Origin: the human T2T-CHM13v2.0 reference genome, Homo sapiens
Assembly (NCBI RefSeq): GCF_009914755.1
Contig: NC_060946.1
Strand: one strand, 5' to 3'
Length of the DNA: 64,000 bases
Shown here: positions 59,666 to 64,000 of the stretch, piece after piece
Layout of the letters: every line of letters starts with the position of its first letter
How positions within the stretch are numbered: the first letter of the stretch is position 1
Position numbers and translations under genes: made by a program
The notes under the pieces: generated by a model
Seen by the model: only the letters and a program-made list of their open reading frames with translations
Told to the model about the DNA's origin: nothing
Databases searched by the model: none

Positions 59666-59768
59666 TTGGAGGTTTGCTCTTCTGCCGTGTTCATGAAGAT
59701 AGTTTAGGAAATGGGTGTTTAACTGATCACAATCTCGCTGAAAATTGCTGGCATTCATACCATCTCAG
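59666..59768 (+). pseudogene. SGLT-like exon 6 (103 nt, two nonsense codons)
   Basis: tttcAG|...|GTgagg, ends in phase 1. LEVCSSAVFMKIV*EMGV*LITISLKIAGIHTIS vs SGLT1 [35 protein letters not shown]. TAG at 59705, TAA at 59720; one codon shorter. Confidence 0.82.
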
Positions 59769-60544
59769 GTGAGGTTACTCTAACCACACAAGTACTTACA
59801 TTGGCACACTCTACTTAGTGGATGACAGAGAAGTCATTCTACCTAAAGATAGAGAAGTCTATCTCTGTGAATGACAGAGATGTCATTCTACCTAACATCT
59901 CTGCAGTTTGTAGAAAAACTCTTTATAGAGTTTGTAGACATTGAAGCAGCAGTCTCCAGCTTTTGCACTTACCCTAAGTCTGTAAATGACATTGCTAAGA
60001 CCTGAGGAGACTGAACAATGAAAAGAACAGAGACGGGGGGCCTAAGTAGTGTCCTCCCACTAGAAATCAGCTTGGGCTGGCTGGGTCCCTCCCAGGGGTC
60101 TGACAGGGACAACAGCGATTATGTCTGCGGTGGGGAGGGACACTGCAGGCCACCAGGTAAAAGACTGGGAGCACAGAAGACAAATGATGGGGAGGCAGCA
60201 GCCATGGGCCACCTGGTCAGGCCTGATCAGATGGAATCTTTTGTAGGGGCAGTTCTGTCCTAGGCAGCTACTGCCTAGGTTCTGAGAGTGGAAGCTCTCA
60301 CCACTCCTTCTTTCCAGCAACAGTGCAAATCTCAGATGCTGGGTGTTTCCCTGGCAGTTCACCAGAGACCAAGGGGAAAGAATCAAAGTGAGGCACAGAA
60401 TGCCCTCAATCAGTGGTTCACAGTGCAGAGGAGTGGGAATTGGATTTTTCTTCCCAGAGGGCACTTGGTAATGTTTGGAGGCATTCTGGGTTGTCACAGC
60501 TGGGCCAGGGGGAGCTCTGCTGGCTGTTAACTGTTGCTTCCAGG

Positions 60545-60815
60545 TCAGGTGCAGTGGCTCATGCCTATAATCCCAGCACTTCAGGAGGCTGAGGCAGGAG
60601 GATCCTTTGAGCTCAGGAGTTTGAGACCAGTGTGGGCACCATGGCAAACTCTGTCTCTACAAACATTTTTAAAATTAGCCAGGTGTGATGACACACACCT
60701 GTAGTCCCAGCTACTCAGGAGGCTGTGGGAAGACTGCTTGAGCCTGGGAGATCCAGGCTGCAGTGAGCTATGATCATGCCATTGCACTCCACCCTGTCTT
60801 AAAAAATAATGATAA
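60545..60815 (+). mobile_element. AluJ (preceded by MER20 fragment 60410-60530)
   Basis: Diverged Alu dimer. Confidence 0.85.
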
Positions 60816-61087
60816 AAATTTTTAAGAAAGGGAATTAAAGGGAAATTAGGAAATTGTGACACAGAAGGGCAAGATAAGAATCCAACAAGAGATCATGAAG
60901 GACATTAAAGAGAGAAAACAGGATGGACTAAAACTAAGCATAAGTCACTCACTGAATTAAAGAGATCAAGCGCCTGAATGTGGAGAACTGGGGGTGTGGT
61001 GGGGAGTATACAGAGTACTTGATGTGGGAGTAACTTTCAGAAGAGTGAGTCAAATGTGGCTTTCTTTCTCTCTCTTTGCCTGTTCAG

Positions 61088-61168
61088 GTGGTTTGATAGC
61101 TGTGGTTTATACCAGCATCTTGAATGCTGACATTATGCTTTGGGGATCAGTCATGTTAATAGGCTTTG
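61088..61168 (+). pseudogene. SGLT-like exon 7 (81 nt, donor mutated)
   Basis: Long pyrimidine tract then ttcAG|, phase 1. GGLIAVVYTSILNADIMLWGSVMLIGF vs SGLT1 [27 protein letters not shown] (16/27 identical). Followed by GGAAGT instead of GTAAGT. Confidence 0.92.
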
Positions 61169-61258
61169 GGAAGTAAAACAAGATGACTGGGTACCATGGT
61201 GGAACCTTTGGCTCTAGAGCTGCCTGGGCCATCAGCATCTTTGTCTCACAGATGAGGA

Positions 61259-61587
61259 TGATACAGAAGGACTGGGCTCTCGGCTAAACCCCAACCTTAA
61301 CCCTGGAACCACAGCTCTAAGTGAAAACAGCTGACCCTGTTTTTCCACCCAAATGTTGCCTTTTTGGCCTGCTCCACCCCTATCCTGTGCCCATAAAAAA
61401 CTTCAGAGGCAGAGCAACACAAACAGCTGAGTGTCAAGGTATAAGCGGCTGAGTGACAGACAAGCAACTGAGCGTCAGAGACTATAAAAAAACACAGCTA
61501 ATTTCAGACAGTGCAGTTTTGGAGAAGGGTCTGACCAGAAACGGTTAGGCTTTAGGAAAAGATCACTTTCCCATCCTTTTTCCAGCC
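61259..61587 (+). mobile_element. ERV1 LTR 5' part (LTR27-like), truncated
   Basis: tgatacagaaggactgggctc..ccacccaaatgttgcctttttggcctg; homologous to the reverse copy at 62552-63283. Confidence 0.75.
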
Positions 61588-61936
61588 AAGTGGGAGGTGC
61601 CAGCCATCTGGCTACATGGGACCCCTAACCCGAGGCTTCCCTGGGGACTGGGAGGTGTGCGCAGCTCATTGCTGCCTCGCTTAGCCCTTGAACATGGCAC
61701 ACGCATGCAGCAGACACGCCCAGGCTCCTAAGCAGGGAGGGGAGGGGGTGAGCAGAGGAACCACCACACACCATGCCTGCCCGTGGCTGTTGGGGTGAGT
61801 GTGGGGATGGCACCTCTAAGAAAAAACGGGAATCACATTGTTCTGAATTCCATATCTAATGGCTAGGCCAAACACTCATTCTACCTAACATCTCTGCAGT
61901 TTGTAGCAAAACTCTTTATGAGAGAGATAGAAGCCA

Positions 61937-62245
61937 GTCAGGCACGGTGGCTCACGCCTGCAATCCCAGCACTTTGGGAGGCCGAGGTGGGCAGATCACC
62001 TGAGGTCAGGAGTTCGAGACCAGCCTGGCCAACATGGTGAAACCCAATCTCTAGTAAAAATACAAATATTAGCCAGGTATGGTGGTGGGTGCCTGTAGTC
62101 CCAGCTACTCAGAAGGCTGAGGCAGGAGAATCACTTGAACCTGGGAGGCGGAGGTTGCAGTGAGCCAAGATTGCACCACGCACTCCAGCCTGGGGGACAA
62201 GAGCAAGACTCCGTCTCAAAAAAAAAAAAAAAAAAAGAAAGAAAG
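61937..62245 (+). mobile_element. AluSx
   Basis: Full dimer; TSD agagatagaa(g/a)cca. Confidence 0.92.
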
Positions 62246-62551
62246 AAAGAGATAGAAACCATTTGCAGGCATTAAAGAAGAAAAGATACAAAGATATCAC
62301 AGCAAAGTCTGCAGATTTGGGCCGACGCCTGTTAGGGCAGTCATGGATGGAGTTTAGTCTTGGGGCCTTCCAGCAACACTGAGGAGTGGCCTCAGTCAGA
62401 TGCCTTTGGTTCCCCAGGACCTTATTCCCATCCCATAAGACAGTTTGACCACCGTGAAGGAAAACAGCCACAGAGCCAACATTCTTTTCACCCAAAAGAG
62501 ACATTTCGTCATGTACTCACTTGTCTGACGTATCCAGGACAAGCCTTCAGA

Positions 62552-63283
62552 TGAGATGGGATAGTTCCCTTGATCCCCTTCATGGGCAGAAACTGGAGTG
62601 GCTCATTTCACTCAGCCCGGCGTTGGCCACTCCTCACAGGAGACAGCATGCAAGCGAGAGTGTGCAGGAACCAGAATGAACAAATGCTGGAACCGCCAAT
62701 CACTCCTCTCTGCTAGGAGCAGGTTCTGTGCGGGCCGAGTAGCGTCGTCCAAGCATGTTACAACCAATGCTGTTTCAGCTCTTATGTCTGGAAACAGCCA
62801 AGTGCCAACCGGCTTGGTGGAGGGTCAGGGTGGCAGCCCCTGCCCTCTCAGCACCTGGGTTCTTGTCCAATGTCCAGGAAGAATCAGGTCACATGAACCA
62901 TTTGAAAGGGGATGCATGTGGAGGAATTTATTGGGTGGTGGGTGGCTCTCAGCAGAAACGGAGGCTGGAAACGGAAGGGGATGATGGGAAGGGGATCTTT
63001 CCCTGAAGCCCAGCCATCTCCAGCCAGGCCCCTCTCCACAAAGCTGCACCATCTGAAGTTAGCTGCGTCTGTCCACAGTCTCTGATGCTCAGTTGCTTCT
63101 CTGATTGCCGCTCAGCTGCTTCTGTTGCTCTGCCGGCTGAAGTCTTTTTGGGGCACAAGATAGGGGCGGGGCAGGCCAAAAAGGCAACATTTGGGTGGAA
63201 AAACGGGGTAAGCTGTTTCACTTAGGGCCACAGTTCCAGGATTCAGCGGGGGGTTTAGCTGGGAGCCCAGCCCTTCTGTATCA
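62552..63283 (-). mobile_element. ERV1 solo LTR (LTR27-like)
   Basis: Minus strand tgatacagaagggctgggctccc...tatcccatctca; TG..CA ends. Confidence 0.78.
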
Positions 63284-63744
63284 AGGAGACTGAAGCCCAA
63301 ACACAACCCAACAGCATTGTTGAAAGTCATGCTGAAAGTTGGGGAGGATGTTTCTGCTCACTTCAAGAGAAAGACGAGTCAAAGCATGGGAGTGGAAATG
63401 ACAAACTCTAGTGCTTTGGTACACTACACTCCTCCTCACTTCTGGGCCGTCATCAGTGTTCTTCCCTAGTTAGAAGGCCACCTTCTTTTTCACCACTCAA
63501 TTAAATCTATCCACCAAGGTCAACAGAAGATCCACCCCTAAAGATATAATTCCACCATTAATCCATCAACACAGCCCTCTTCTCTGGAGCTCACATCACT
63601 ACCACACAAGTCAACATATTTAAACACATAACGTAATTGTTTATTGAGTGTTTCACATAAATAATCATACTCCCTACATCCAAAACTTCTGAAGAACCAG
63701 AACCATGGTACTCCCTATGCAAAGCACTGTCTGATGCATTAAGT

Positions 63745-63985
63745 AGATTCATGCATCACTAAACGGCCAGGACACATTCTGAGAAATGTGTCATTAGGCA
63801 ATTTCTTTGATGTGCCACCATCATAGAGTATGCTTACATAAACCTAGAGGGTGTAGCCTATTCCTCCTAGGCTGCAAACCTGTACATGTTATTATACTGA
63901 ATATTACAGGCAATTCTAACACAATAGTATTTGTGTAGCTAAACCTAAAAAAGGTACAGTAAAAATATGATATAAAAGATAAAAT
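63745..63985. mobile_element. Tigger3/MER7-derived DNA transposon fragment (an Alu starts at the window end)
   Basis: Contains acacattctgagaaatgtgtcattaggc..ctaggctgcaaacctgtaca..aaggtacagtaaaaatatg. Confidence 0.75.
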
Positions 63986-64000
63986 GTGGGCTGGGCACAG

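Noticed and set aside
60060-60647. 195-aa minus-strand ORF
   Set aside because: Begins in an antisense Alu and MER20; no homology recognised.
61581-61800. Possible SGLT-like exon 8 (QVGG resembling AFHEVGG after ttccag)
   Set aside because: Similarity is limited to three residues at the LTR truncation point; none of the conserved exon 8 motifs (KY..AIP, FHIFRDP..GD.PWPG, WYWC.DQ) follow.

Overview
This window is repeat-rich primate (probably human) genomic DNA, and I found no intact protein-coding gene in it. Most of it is transposable elements: ERVL internal remnants, MaLR elements (MST/THE1), a two-LTR ERV1 provirus with a tRNA-Pro PBS (HUERS-P-like), solo LTRs, L1s of several ages, L2, Alus and MER DNA-transposon fossils. 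The main hidden feature is an intron-containing, + strand pseudogene of the SLC5/SGLT sodium-glucose cotransporter family. Six small exons (33283-33354, 39562-39666, 43017-43076, 57107-57211, 59666-59768, 61088-61168) have lengths of 72/105/60/105/103/81 nt and phases matching SLC5A1 exons 2-7, but only about half of their residues are identical to SGLT1. Exons 2-5 are open with canonical splice sites, exon 6 carries two stops, and the exon 7 donor is GG instead of GT. A decayed candidate exon 1 with an HNF1-like promoter remnant lies at ~22.2-22.4 kb, next to an apparent deletion breakpoint. The introns also hold a processed ATP5PF (ATP5J) pseudogene and a 1.4-kb TSD-flanked antisense retrocopy of unknown origin. 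A Gypsy/ERV-like integrase remnant lies at ~7.9-8.1 kb. Repeat subfamily names and reference protein sequences are recalled from memory, not from a search.
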